From Octopus sinensis (taxonomy: Eukaryota), in the NCBI RefSeq assembly GCF_006345805.1, contig NW_021831827.1, positions 1-62,129 on the forward strand: a stretch of DNA of 62,129 nucleotides, read 5' to 3'. Shown here one piece after another: positions 12,210 to 24,707 of this stretch. Position numbers and translations under genes: made by a program. Within the stretch, counting starts at the first letter, position 1; every line of letters starts with the position of its first letter. The notes beneath the pieces are model-generated. The model saw only the letters and a program-made list of their open reading frames with translations, was not told the DNA's origin and ran no database searches.

Positions 12210-13190
12210 GATACTTACAAAGTGTAACAAATCGTCTAGAATGGTTTTCACCTAAATTAATTAACCCATAAAGCGCTGGTATTTTCGCTTACATAGTATG
12301 GACTGCTGAGCACATTTTATGAAAATGAGACTACCATGCACACATAAAAAACAAAAAGTAGTTTAAATATCTTCTTAGTATATAATGGTGGCAAGTTTTA
12401 CATCATCTGGAAAGTCATTAGTTGAACTATTAGTCCTCTTGTAATGCAAATATGTGAATGAAAATATGATATAGTTGGAAGCCAACGTGAAAATCGGTAA
12501 ATCCGTTTTGAAATGCACATACACACCGACACATGCAATCTTTCTTTTATCAATATCTATAAATCTCAAATGCGAAAAGTTTGTTTGCCTGGTTTTGGCA
12601 TTGGAACGGGTTAAAGGGCACTAGATCCCGTCGGATTTGCTCCGAAATTTACAGGGACATGTAAAATGAGATGAGGATGTGAGTGGGCTAGGTTAGAAAT
12701 CCCTATCTCAAAAGCTGTGGTTACTACGGCAAAAAAACCCACACTTTGACAAGTTTCTTTTCGTTACTCTCATTCTCTTACCTGCCTGTCTTCCTCCGTC
12801 TCTCTCTCTCATTCCTCCCTTCCCTTGACTTTTTCTCTATAACGACGTGTGATAAATTAACTATCTTTCCCCCGCCGCCTTCGCCAGCGCTCTCACTCTT
12901 TCTCTCACATCCCCTCTCTCTCTCTCTCACATCCTCTCTCTCTCTCTCACTCTCTCTCTACGTCTGTCTGCATTCACAGAGAGAATTATTATCGCCACCA
13001 CCACCACCACCACCACCACCACCACCACCACCACCACACAATCATGAGAACAAATATTTGTTCTCATGATTGTGTGGTGGTGGTGGCGATAATTATTGGG
13101 TTAATTTATGTGCGTGTGTTTTCTATATATAAATATGTATATATAATGTATATATACAAAGTGTATATATCTGTATTTATATATATATAT

Positions 13191-13606
13191 ACTAGCATTA
13201 TGACCCGTCTTTGCCGGGTCATAGTGCTAGTGCATGTATATATGTGAATATATATGTGTACATATTACATGTACATCTATATATATATACATCTACACAT
13301 AAAATACAAAATACAAAGTTATATCTTGATATCGCTAGTGATAACAATGCTGAAAATATATAACAAACTGGAATTGTAGGACTATTCCATTTCTGAACGC
13401 TAATTTTATTTTTAATTTATTCCCATTCATGTGAAATCACTTATTCAAGTTCAAATCCTTGATGCAATTTTATACCAATTGCTATTTTTACTTTTGTTAT
13501 GTTACGATTATATTATACTTTAGTTTGATTTTAATTATTAAATTGGTTGTGTAGTTCTCAAGTTTTAGGGAAACACACAGACAGACAGACACACATTCTC
13601 AGTTTT

Positions 13607-13615
<9 letters not shown>
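13191..13615 (-). mobile_element. Non-autonomous Helitron-like element
   Basis: On the minus strand: 5' tatataaaactgagaatgtgtgtctgtctgtc, and a 3' hairpin tatgacccg/cgggtcata followed by CTAGT. Confidence 0.7.
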
Positions 13616-13646
<31 letters not shown>

Positions 13647-13651
<5 letters not shown>

Positions 13652-14910
13652 AATGAAAGAATGGAGTCGAACGAAGATTTTAACAAAATTCCTTTACTCT
13701 TAACACATGTTTCGAAGACTGCATACTCTTTATTCCGAAGTAATAAAGGGTGCATTATGCCGTCTTCTCATCAGGAAAGACAAGGAACCTCTACCAGCCT
13801 CAAGACGAACAAAAACTTTTTTATGACTGCTTACATGGTGTCCACAGTGATAATGAGCGTTTTTTTATAAATCTGTTATAAGCAATGACGTCAAAATTAG
13901 TTGGAAGGAGGAAGTTCTGAAAATAAGAAGGGGACATAATGTATGCTGTATGTATGGGAATGCGCGGGTATTTGCTCTTGTTAATGAGTTTGATTGTTTA
14001 TGTGTGTGTATGAGTGTGTGTATATAACTGCATTTGTGTCTATGTGTGTGTGTGTGTGTGTAATTGTGTGTGTGTAATTGTGTGTGTGGTGGGGACAATT
14101 GTCAAATATATTTAGTAGTGGGGTGACAAATTTGTGTCTGTGTGTTTGATTGAGCGTATGATAGAGAGAGGGGGAGTGGTAGAGAGGAAGAGATAAACAT
14201 ACGCCAGTGATATTTAGTATTAGTGTTTCATGTAACGGAGTAGACATAAAAGTAATTGTCTATGTCAGTGGTGTAGACGTGAAACTAATTATTAAAACCA
14301 AAGAGGTTATCTATATTATTTATCATTCATATGAGTGGAAAGTGTGTTTTTGCAAATGCTTACATTTATAGGATTTTTCTATTAATGTGTTAACCAAGGG
14401 GAACTTGGCGAAAAGGCTATAGAAGAGTTCGAAATTACAAATGCAACAATATTTCCTGCCCTTATCAAAAGGAAAGGATACAGACAATATGGACCAACCC
14501 AGCTTGAAAGTTATATTGTTGTCCTTAAGACGCCAAACTAATTTACTTAGTCCTGGAAATTCTCTGGGAAAATCGAGAAGTTGTCGCACCAATATAGAAG
14601 ACATCGCTACAGCATACATTCTGTCCCCTTCTTATTTTCAGAACTTCCTCCTTCCAACCAATTTTGACGTCATTGCTTATAACGGATTTATAAAAAAAAC
14701 GCTCATTATCACTGTGGACACCATGTAGGCAGTCATAAAAAAGTTTTTGTTCGTCTTGAGGCTGATAGAGGTTCCTTGTCTTTCCTGATGAGAAGACGGC
14801 ATAATGCACCCTTTATTCCTTCGGAATTAAGAGTATGCAGTCTTCGAAACGTGTTGAGAATAAAGGAATTTTGTTAAAATCTTCGTTCGACTCCATTCTT
14901 TCATTTATTA
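13647..14910. mobile_element. Penelope-like element derivative with inverted pseudo-LTR copies (13647-13950 and 14608-14910) and GIY-YIG remnant (-)
   Basis: The arms are reverse complements. Minus-strand translation gives FYKSVIS...FYIGATTSRF and LSKLVWRLKDNNITFKLGWSIL...CCIC. Confidence 0.8.
14781..14859 (+). ncRNA. Hammerhead ribozyme motif (type I, long stem II) in Penelope pseudo-LTR
   Basis: CTGATGA-GAAGAC...GTCTTC-GAAAC-GT-GTT-GAGA. Stem I is tttc/gaga and the cleavage triplet is GUU. Confidence 0.6.
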
Positions 14911-15053
14911 ATATAAAAAACACACAAATTACCACACAAGAACACGGGGTTTCTGCCCTTGGCATGTAGCTTCAACCGTGTTTTCTGACGTGAATTTGCT
15001 ACCTAGGTATCGATTAACCGAATTATCAATACTAGGATAATTCATTCACCTAC

Positions 15054-15117
<64 letters not shown>

Positions 15118-15120
<3 letters not shown>

Positions 15121-15400
15121 TATTATAAAAGGCAGATTTTATCTGCCTCCCTTTGTCTCTTATAGAAATCTACAATATAGGATTTCTTCAATTACAATTT
15201 ACCTAGCATTTTTAAGAGTAGAATGCATCGGGTCGTGCCAGGTCAAGTTTTTAAAATTTCAACCCCAATTAAGCAAAATTTAGGGAAAACTCACATTGTG
15301 GTGTGTATGTCAAATGCTTTTCTTAGTGTGGGCTACAGCACACGCACACGGCCACACACACAAACGGAGCGAACTGTTTCACTGACGCTATCACCCTAAT
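15118..15400 (+). mobile_element. Helitron-like 5' segment (second copy at about 52777-53030)
   Basis: Shared tcttattataaaaggcagattttatctgcctcccttt...aaaactcacatt at both loci. Confidence 0.6.
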
Positions 15401-15469
15401 TTCTCCTTTCTCTTTGCAAGTGTGCAACGATTAAAGTGAAAACAGTGAATCCGACAGCGATAAAGAAAA

Positions 15470-15770
15470 TGAATTGGCACCTGAATGGAGTGAAAATTTA
15501 AAGACTGTTTCTTTCGGTGATTTTTCTGAAGAAACTGGACCAAGCCACAGACTTTCCCAGAAGAGTAAAGCCTTAGACTATTTCTTTTTACTTTTTCGAA
15601 TGAGCCTATTTGAAATCATTACGGCGGAAACGAACTGTTACGCTAAACGTAAACAAAGCAAAAGAAAGGATAGTTTGTTATTTCCCACAACCTTAAATGA
15701 AATTAAGACTATTTTGCCATAAATATTATTATGGGTATCAGAAAGTTACCCAGAATAACAAATTCTATCG
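15470..15770 (+). pseudogene. piggyBac-type transposase N-terminal fragment
   Basis: ETGPSHRL...ALDYFFLLF..SLFEIITAETNCYA...TTLNEIKTIL..MGIRKLPRI. A TTAA-type TIR end, gtaacgaaagggttaa, lies at about 16079-16094. Confidence 0.65.
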
Positions 15771-16184
15771 TAAAATTTTGTTGTATACCCAACTGAATAT
15801 TAGCTAATAACCCATTTTCTATAGCGATGTTTGAACAAAATTTTAATAATTTTATATTTTGTTGAATTTACCTGTATCTACCTGCAATTAGAGTCACTTT
15901 GTGACAAAATTAATAGTATAAAATTGGTTGAGGACATTTCATTAATTATCTTCCAAAATTCATGTTAATATATTGATAAATAAAAAAGTTATAGTTGTTT
16001 AATGAAACCAGACTAAATTTATGATTACGTTAGAAATTAATTGAAACACATAAGGGGTGTATTTTGGTCAGAAATATAGTAACGAAAGGGTTAAGAAAAA
16101 CCAAAAGATATTTTATTCTTTATAAATGTTGTGTTCAAAATAACATTTTCTTTTAAGAATGTGTATATAACTACGTGGCTTATA

Positions 16185-16581
16185 TCTTTATATATAAAAG
16201 TGAAGTTGTGTGTCTGTCTCCTACGATTTAGATTCCTAACTACTCCCACATTTTGCGGTGCAGTTTAACCAAAAGCGGGTATCTTAAAGTCGTGAGTCAT
16301 ATCGAGCCCTTCTGGGTATTAGCGCGCGTCTACGATAAGTCTACGATTTTAAAAAACTTTACCTTCATATTTTTCCATTTTAATGCATTTTTTTCGCTAT
16401 TATATAAGGGAAGTAACTCTCTAAAAATATCTACGATGTGTCAACGATTTAAAAACAAAATTACCTTAATTTATTTTCCATTTTTAATGCATTTTTTGCT
16501 ATTTTTTGGCTATAACTCTCTAAAAATGCTTATATAGTTATTTCCCTACAAACCCGACCAACGCCGGGCGATACTGCTAGT
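16185..16581 (+). mobile_element. Complete non-autonomous Helitron-like element
   Basis: 5' TCtttatatataaaagtgaag, subterminal hairpin cccg-accaacgc-cggg and 3' CTAGT. A near-identical copy lies at 53556-53948. Confidence 0.8.
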
Positions 16582-16589
16582 ATATATAT

Positions 16590-16638
16590 ATAATTTGTAT
16601 ATATAATGCGTACACACACAAACACACACATATATATT

Positions 16639-16672
<34 letters not shown>

Positions 16673-16715
16673 GTATATATAATGCGTACACACACAAACA
16701 CACACATATATATAT

Positions 16716-16753
<38 letters not shown>

Positions 16754-16890
16754 GTATATATATGCGTACACACACAAACACACATATATATATACAATAT
16801 ATATATATATATATATATAATTTGTATATATAATGCGTACACACACAAACACATATATATATACAATATATATATATATATATATATATA
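16590..16890. repeat. About 70-bp minisatellite, 4 copies (taatttgtatatataatgcgtacacacacaaac + (TA)n)
   Basis: Units start at about 16591, 16667, 16747 and 16817. Confidence 0.85.
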
Positions 16891-17040
16891 GTATTAATTT
16901 ATAAAAATATGGTAAAGTAAAAGAATTCACTTTACCACACACCGAACTTTTCAGAAATAGCAGCCAAAAATTTGGCTATTTCTTCAACTGCAAATAAAAG
17001 TCTCCAGACAATGCATACTCAGAAAAATAACCCACATAGG

Positions 17041-17089
<49 letters not shown>

Positions 17090-17093
<4 letters not shown>

Positions 17094-18143
17094 GTGTGCA
17101 TTATGTGGTCGGTTGAGCTGAAAATATGCACACCTATGTTAAAAGTGCTGGCGAGTTTGCATAGCAAATATTTTTTTCCTAAAATGACCTCTACGACAAA
17201 CTTCCTCATCTTATAAAATGTGACCCGAGTAGACCCGAATGAAATCGGGTTATATTAACCAAAATGTGTAAAGGGGTCTAAATGGGGCTGTAAGTGGATT
17301 AAAATTTACAGGAGCGGGTGTTTAGGAATTCTCTGTTACATCAAGCTAAAAAATTTGTGCCAGCAATAAATCGTCAATATGTTGCCGTCCATCATGAAGA
17401 AGTTTTTAATGCTTGCCATGGTGAGTCTACTGTCGTGAGAAAGAATCACTTCAAAACTTGGTGTTTAGGAATTTTCTTTTACATCAAGTTCAAAGTTTTA
17501 CGCCAGCATTTAAACTGCCACTACGTTGCTGTCCGTCGTTAAGAAATGCCAGCCATGGTGACTCTACTATCCTCAGATTCTATCCCTTCAAACTTTGGTT
17601 ACCAATATTTTTTTAATTTTTATTCAGCTCGCAAGTTCGTCTGTTCCTTTTAAATGTTAGTGTTTTGCTGTCTGCCTTGAATCAGACCTTTCCGTTGTCA
17701 CTGCCTGATATTTATGATTGATCTTTCCAAATATTTTACTTTCTCAACTTATTCAAGATCTTTTGTTGTTTATAAACAAAAAACGCACACTTTGACAAGT
17801 CTTTTCTCATTCTTTTATCTGCCTGTCTTCCTCCGTCTCTCTCCCTTTCCTCCCTTCCTTTCACATTCTCTCTATAACGTCGTTTGACAGCGTCTACTAT
17901 ATTTCCCCACCGCCTTCGCCACGCTGTCACTCTCTCTCTCTCTCTCTCTACGTCTGTCTGCATTCATAGAGAGAATTATCATCACCACTATCACCACACA
18001 ATCATGAGAACAAATATTATGAATCAGCTATTTATTGGGTTAATTTATATATGTGTGTGTTCTATATATAAATATGTATATATAATGTATATATACAAGT
18101 GTATATATCTGTATTTATGTATTATATATATATATATTATATA

Positions 18144-18184
<41 letters not shown>

Positions 18185-18750
18185 GTGTGCATTATGTGGT
18201 CGGTTGGGCTGAAAATATACACACCTATGTTAAATGTGAAAAGAGGTCTAAATGGGGCTGTAAAGGGATTAAAATTTAATGGAGCGGGTGTGTAGGAATT
18301 CTCTGTTATATCAAGTCAAAAAATTTGCGCCAGCCTTTAAATCGTCAATGTGTTGCCGTCCATCATGAAGAAGTTTTTAATGCTTGCCATGATGAGTCTA
18401 CTGTCGTGAGAAAAAAATCACTTCAAAACTTGGTGTTTAGGAATTTTCTTTTACATCAAGTTCAAAGTTTTACGCCAGCCGTTAAACTGCCACTACGCTG
18501 CTGTCCGTCGTTAAGAAATGCCAGCCATGGTGACTCTACTATCCTCAGATTCTATCCCTTCAAACTTTGGTTACCAATATTTTTTTAATTTTTATTCAGC
18601 TCGCAAGTTCGTCTGTCCCTTTTAAATGTTAGTGTTTTGCTGTCTGCCTTGAATCAGACCTTTCCGTTGTCACTGCCTGATATTTATGATTGATCTTTCC
18701 AAATATTTTACTTTCTCAACTTATTCAAGATCTTTTGTTGTTTATAAATG
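17090..18750. repeat. Local direct duplication of a 570-690 bp block (17090-17775 and 18181-18748)
   Basis: taatgtgtgcattatgtggtcggttg...ttcaagatcttttgttgtttataaa occurs twice. The intervening 17790-18130 is related to 12745-13190. Confidence 0.85.
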
Positions 18751-18943
18751 CGAGAGAGAAAGATAGAGAGTAAGAGAAAGCGAGGGAGAGTCCGAGAGAA
18801 AGGAAGAGTAAGAGAGTGAGAAAGTGAGAGAGAAAGGAGAGAGAAACAAAGAGGGAGAATGTGGTGATAAAAAGCAGAAAGGAAGCAACAGAAAGTAACA
18901 ACCACACTCATACCCGCGCGTCGAGTGGGTCACTTTAAGCTAG

Positions 18944-18983
<40 letters not shown>

Positions 18984-19062
18984 TATATATATGTGTTGTG
19001 GTGGTGTGTGTGGTGTGTATGTGTGTGTATGTGTGTGTGTGTGTGGTGTGTGTGTTTGTTGT

Positions 19063-19215
19063 GTGGTAAGTAGCTTGCTTACCAACGACATGGTTCCGGG
19101 TTCAGTCCCACTGTGTGGCACCTTGGGCAAGTGTCTTCTACTATAGCCTCGGGCGGATCAAAGCCTTGTGAGTGGATTTGGTAGACAGAAACTGAAAGAA
19201 TCCTGTCGTATATAT
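19063..19215 (+). mobile_element. tRNA-derived SINE, family 3 (related copies at about 31725-31885 +, 33725-33875 +, 34195-34340 -, 32630-32730 -, 27700-27790 -)
   Basis: Shared ggttccgggttcagtcccactg..cttgggcaagtgtcttcta..gtgagtggatttggtagac..gaaactgaaagaa followed by a microsatellite tail. Confidence 0.75.
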
Positions 19216-19240
19216 ATATGTGCATATAGATAGATAGATC

Positions 19241-19348
<108 letters not shown>

Positions 19349-19685
19349 TAAGTGTAAAGACCCGCTTCGTTTATGAATGACTAGGATTGCACACAGAAAG
19401 TTACCACACACCACCCAAGGTACAAGTTATGGAGGACAAGCAGTTGCCCGTGCATACCAGCCTCCCTTTTCCACACCACCGATGGGCAAAGGCCCATACA
19501 ACTTGGTACCAGTGATGTCGCAACTCATTTCTTCAGCTGAGTGAACTGGAGCAACATGAAATAAAGTGTCTTGCTGAAGAACACAACACACAACCCGGTC
19601 CAGGAATCGAACTCACTACCTCATGATTATGAGCTCGACGCTCTAACCACTACGCCATCACACATACACCCACATTATATATATA

Positions 19686-19742
<57 letters not shown>

Positions 19743-21566
19743 ATGTATAGATGCATGCATGCACTATGTATGTATATGGTTATGTGTATTACCCACACCA
19801 AGCTCTCCATCCCCTACTCCCATTTCCTCCGTCTACGCTGGTTCTGTAGTGATAACCATGACTTTCAGACCCGGTCTCAACTCATGGCTTACCACTTCCC
19901 CCTACGTGGATATCCCCACGCCATTATCCACACTGCACTTGTCGGGGCAGCGAATTTTTCCCACGATTGTTCTGGACCCCAGTAATGAATTCTTTTGCAT
20001 ATAGCCAATCAGAGCAGAGCCACCTTTATCCTTTCTTCCTTTCTAGTCAGCACCGCGCATTCTTTTACTCTTTCCCTCTCTACTGGCAGACAAGCAACTT
20101 CTCCGCCTAGGTTAATGTTTGTTTCGTTTTGTAATTGAGCATTTAGATGGCTGTGTGGTGTGCTAAAAATAACATCTAAATAAGATTTTTTTTTGATAAA
20201 TCTTTTAAATTAAAGTTTATTTGCCAAAATTTTTCTCAGGTATTTAAAACAAACAGTTTTTCTTTTTAAATTAGCATAAACATTTATTTACATGAACGAA
20301 AATTACCGGAGAACTTTCATCTAATTCTTTTAAATCTTTCTGTTAAAAAATTGTAATGCATTTATCGCATGTAACGTGTTGTTTCGCGCATTTGCATGAA
20401 ACACTAGGGGTTGTAAAGTTTGCTAAAAATTACAGTTAAATAACATTTATTTCCATGAAATAAAATTACCGATGACATAACACGTTGTTTACAAATATTC
20501 TTTTCAACTCAAGGCACAAGGCCCGAAATTTTGAAGGAGGGGACCAGTCGATTAGATCAACCACAGTACGCAACTGGTACTTACATTTATCGACCCCGAA
20601 AGAATGAAAGGCAAAGTCGATATGATGCCTTACATGCTAGAAAGGGCAGCCAAACCCATTCTCTTTGGAATTACTTTTTTTTTTCGTGGTTTGGGTTTGG
20701 CTGCCCTTTCTAGCATGTAAGGCGTCCTGTCAAGGGACACTTCTCTGTGTATAAATACTTATACAATCTCATATATGAAAATATGCTGTCTATTGAGTTT
20801 TATTACCGATGCAAGCCACCGATATGAAAATTTTCTACCCTTATAATTTTCACAGCATATATATATATGTGTGTGTGTGTGGTGTGTGTGTGTGTGTGTG
20901 TGTCTGTGTGTGTGTGTATGTATGTATGTATGTATGTATGTATGTATGTATGTATGTATGTATGTATGTATGTACATAAATTGCAGATTTCTGCTTGGTT
21001 CGTTTATGTATATTCATATATGAAATACAACGAGGTGTGTTTGAAGAGACAATCAATATATTTAAAGGTCGGTTGGAAAATACTTCTCATATGTTTCCCT
21101 GTCTTTTGCACTGCTACACACACACTCCCACTATTTCCCACTCGATTATCTCCCCTGTACCTTTCTCTTTTCTCTGTTTTTTTTTTTTTTTATAATCCTT
21201 CAACCCTACTGCCCCCGTACATGCGGTTGTTATTTCTTGTTTATCTTCCTAATTGTGTATCACGTTCTCCGTTCTTTTTGTGGGGTCTTTTTTTGTGTAT
21301 TTTTTGTCTTTGTTGCCGTACACATTCGCTAGCTTTCTTACAAAAGGGTCTAATGCCCTTAGCTTAGACTTTTTGGGGGAAAACCAAATCGAACCATCTC
21401 AAATATAACTGCCTTAAATGGTCCGAGTTCGGGGACTTGACTGAGAAAAGAAAGCCTCAAATGACCCGTCTTTTTTGCCTGTCCTTCTAATTGTTGTTTC
21501 TCTTGTCCGCCTTTGTATCGTCTATCTGTCCGAATGTTTTAATGCCCTCTATTGCGATTTTGTTCC

Positions 21567-21647
<81 letters not shown>

Positions 21648-21692
21648 CTTAATTATAATTATGTATATAATATATATATATATATATATATA

Positions 21693-21740
<48 letters not shown>

Positions 21741-21865
21741 ATTATGTATGTAAGTCATTATACAGTTTAATTCAAGATGTCTTGCCAATGGAGAAAGAAT
21801 CGGTTTCTAACGTAGATCCAAGGCTCCTTCATTGGAATTTCAACATCAACAATACGGTATTTTTG

Positions 21866-22031
21866 TATGTACGCATGTATGTATGTATGTATGTATGTAT
21901 GTATGTATGTATGTATGTATGTATGTATGTATGTATGTATGCATGTATGTATGTATGTATGTATGCATGCATGCATACATACATGCATGCATACATGCAT
22001 GCATGCATACATACATACATACATACATGCA

Positions 22032-22065
<34 letters not shown>

Positions 22066-22165
22066 CATGCGTACATGCATGCATGTATGCATGTATGCAT
22101 GCATGTATGTATGTATGTATGTACGTATGTATGTATGTATGTATGTATGTATGTATGTATGTACG
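21866..22165. repeat. (TATG)n-(CATA)n-(TATG)n compound microsatellite
   Basis: Directly visible. The middle block is the reverse complement of the flanks. Confidence 0.9.
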
Positions 22166-22292
22166 TATGTGAGTGAGAATGCACTGAGAGGAGTGACATT
22201 TCAAATATCTGACGTGAGTTCATATTGAAATGCAACGAAGTGTGTCTGAAGAGAAGTGTATAGGTTTGTTTGTTTGTGTGTGTGTGTGTGTG

Positions 22293-22325
<33 letters not shown>

Positions 22326-22368
22326 TATGTGTGCGTGTGTGTGCGCGTATGTGTGTGTGTGTGTGCGC

Positions 22369-22399
<31 letters not shown>

Positions 22400-24129
22400 T
22401 GTATGTATGCATGTGTGTGCAAAAGCACCGTCGTGAATGACTCAAGATATCTTGCATTTACTATTCAAACACTTTCTCAACAATCACTGAATGTTTAGAA
22501 AGCTCAAGTCATGATCAGAACAGAAGGCTACTGTTGTTGCTCTTATTGTTGTTCCACTTGTGATGTACTTGACTGCACTTTCATAAGATCACGTGATCAT
22601 GACACACCTATTGCGCTTTGAACTCCGTCACACAAAATCCTTTTATTCTTGCTTTAATCATTTGACGGCTTCAAAGAATATGCTACGTGCAAATCACTTT
22701 CAATTAAAAATAAAGGAAACTTGAAGCAAAGTTATTCGCTAATCCTATCCCTCGTCGCCTATATTGAGTCTTCCCATCCCAAATACTCTGTATTAAATCG
22801 AATTCCAATCCCTTCGTCTCCTGACGTCAAAGCTCTGGAATTCCCTTTTCTTCTGCAACCCGATTTTGCCTGCTGACGTCATTCTATATTTATTGAAAGT
22901 AAACATCGGGCAATCAATCAAAACAGTCTCGATCATCATGTACAGGTCATTAGCTCCATATTTTTCACCCTAAGTAAAAGGACAGAACATAATAACAGAT
23001 TCAAACCTGGGAATTATCGTTGCAACTTCCATGACCGTAAGAGAACTATTCAACGTAGAATCAACTATACTATACTAATTTGACGGACTTTTATGTCATT
23101 TTGACACAGCTGAACTCTTAGGAAAACGACCGTCACCTCCTGGCTGCTTGTGTGTAGGGTTACAGTTGAAGATTTCTAGTAGCATCTGCTGTCTGTCCCC
23201 ATCGCTTCTTTTCCTCCCGCCACTGGACTTGAAGGAAGTGCGATGATGTTGCTGCCGGTATTTTGGTTTCATTAACGATCTGCATGTTGAATATTATTAT
23301 AGTGCGCATGTTTTGTGCAGAGCCAGTCCATTTCTTTCATCCTTCAAACTTGTATTGGTGTGGTGCAGCAAGTGCCATGAGTTCAGTAGTTATCAGGATA
23401 CTGGATTTGTATCGATACACCTTCTCTTAGATGAACTGCTGAAAAACTGAATGTCCGCGTCTGTCTCGGGTCAGTTCGGGTATCTGTGAGTGAGAAACAT
23501 CTCTAATCTATATAATGACAACAAAAACAGTAGAAATGGATTATGTAACATGATTATCATATGGTTTTATGCCCTTTATAGAAATAAGATGGCCTCGGAT
23601 ATACCATGAATTGAATAAGTATTTCCTTCCACCCTCTAGCAGATAAAATAAGATATTCAATTGACATACCGTCAAATTTGGGTATTCCTCTACACCAAAT
23701 ATAGCGAATAGTATTGCAGCCTGTAACAAACAGCAAAAAATTAAATACTATTAGTAATAACGGCTGTATCTTTAAATATTCAGTCAAGAAATCCAATCAT
23801 AGTCTACTGTAATTTAGTACATCTCAATCTAGTATAAATGCTGATAAAAATATTACAGTATCACCTCATAGTACTAACATTAACCCTGATAAAATAAATA
23901 AAGTCTCTTATAATAATAAACTTTATAACATTTGCAACAGGAAGAGCTATGATAAATGCTTTGAATAACCGATGTCTGAAGAATAGTTTAACACATAAAT
24001 ATTCTGCGAAAACACCTAATAAAATCCATTATTACATAGATACAACGGCTTCTAAATTTAATCCTGGATTAAATAACTATATTCACTCGTTTAAATATAA
24101 AAGATAATCATCATCATCATCATCATCAT

Positions 24130-24650
24130 CATTATTTTTCTTTTATCATATGCTTGGCTTTTGCTTTGTATCTGTACAAGTTGACTCCAAGTCTCACCCA
24201 GAGACCTCAAGGGACAACAAATTAGAAGTTCGAGTTGGTGGTATGACTAGGGTCCCATATATTTGGTTTTGCACTGAGTATTGTTCTAGAGAATGTCTGT
24301 CAAAACATAAGTAAATTAGAAGTTTGTTTTGAAAGTCAATTGATTATAAGATGATAGTCTGACGTTAAGATGGCAGTAAAAGGTGTTTGCTGTTATGTAC
24401 ATTTGAAAGTATTTTGACTCTGTTTACGGATTAAAATATTTTGGAGATTACTTAGACAATATTTTACGTATGATACGGGCAGTGCCCATGAGCACTATTT
24501 GTATAGTTTCTTCCATTTTGAGATTTCCTGATATCTGCGCTAGTTAGTAAGCAGCCCATTTTGCTATCATTCCTAGGGCACCTATGACAACAGGTGTTCT
24601 TTTAATCTTGAGATTCCACATTTTGCCAATTTCTTTTATTATTATTATTA

Positions 24651-24700
<50 letters not shown>
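24130..24700 (-). mobile_element. Dong/R4-type 3' fragment (related tails at 25020-25300 and 29030-29250)
   Basis: KEIGKMWNLKIKRTPVVIGALGMI. The same 3' UTR (ttgctttgt.tctgtac.agttgact.caagtctca.ccagagacctcaa) occurs at 24160 and 29045, each ending in a TAA/TGA tract. Confidence 0.75.

Positions 24701-24707
<7 letters not shown>

Noticed and set aside
12375-12569. 64-aa ORF near a Helitron-like element
   Set aside because: No helicase or other motif and no convincing splice context.
16590-16890. CRISPR-like repeat-spacer array (also 3170-4640)
   Set aside because: The spacers are microsatellite, not unique; there are no cas genes and the context is eukaryotic.
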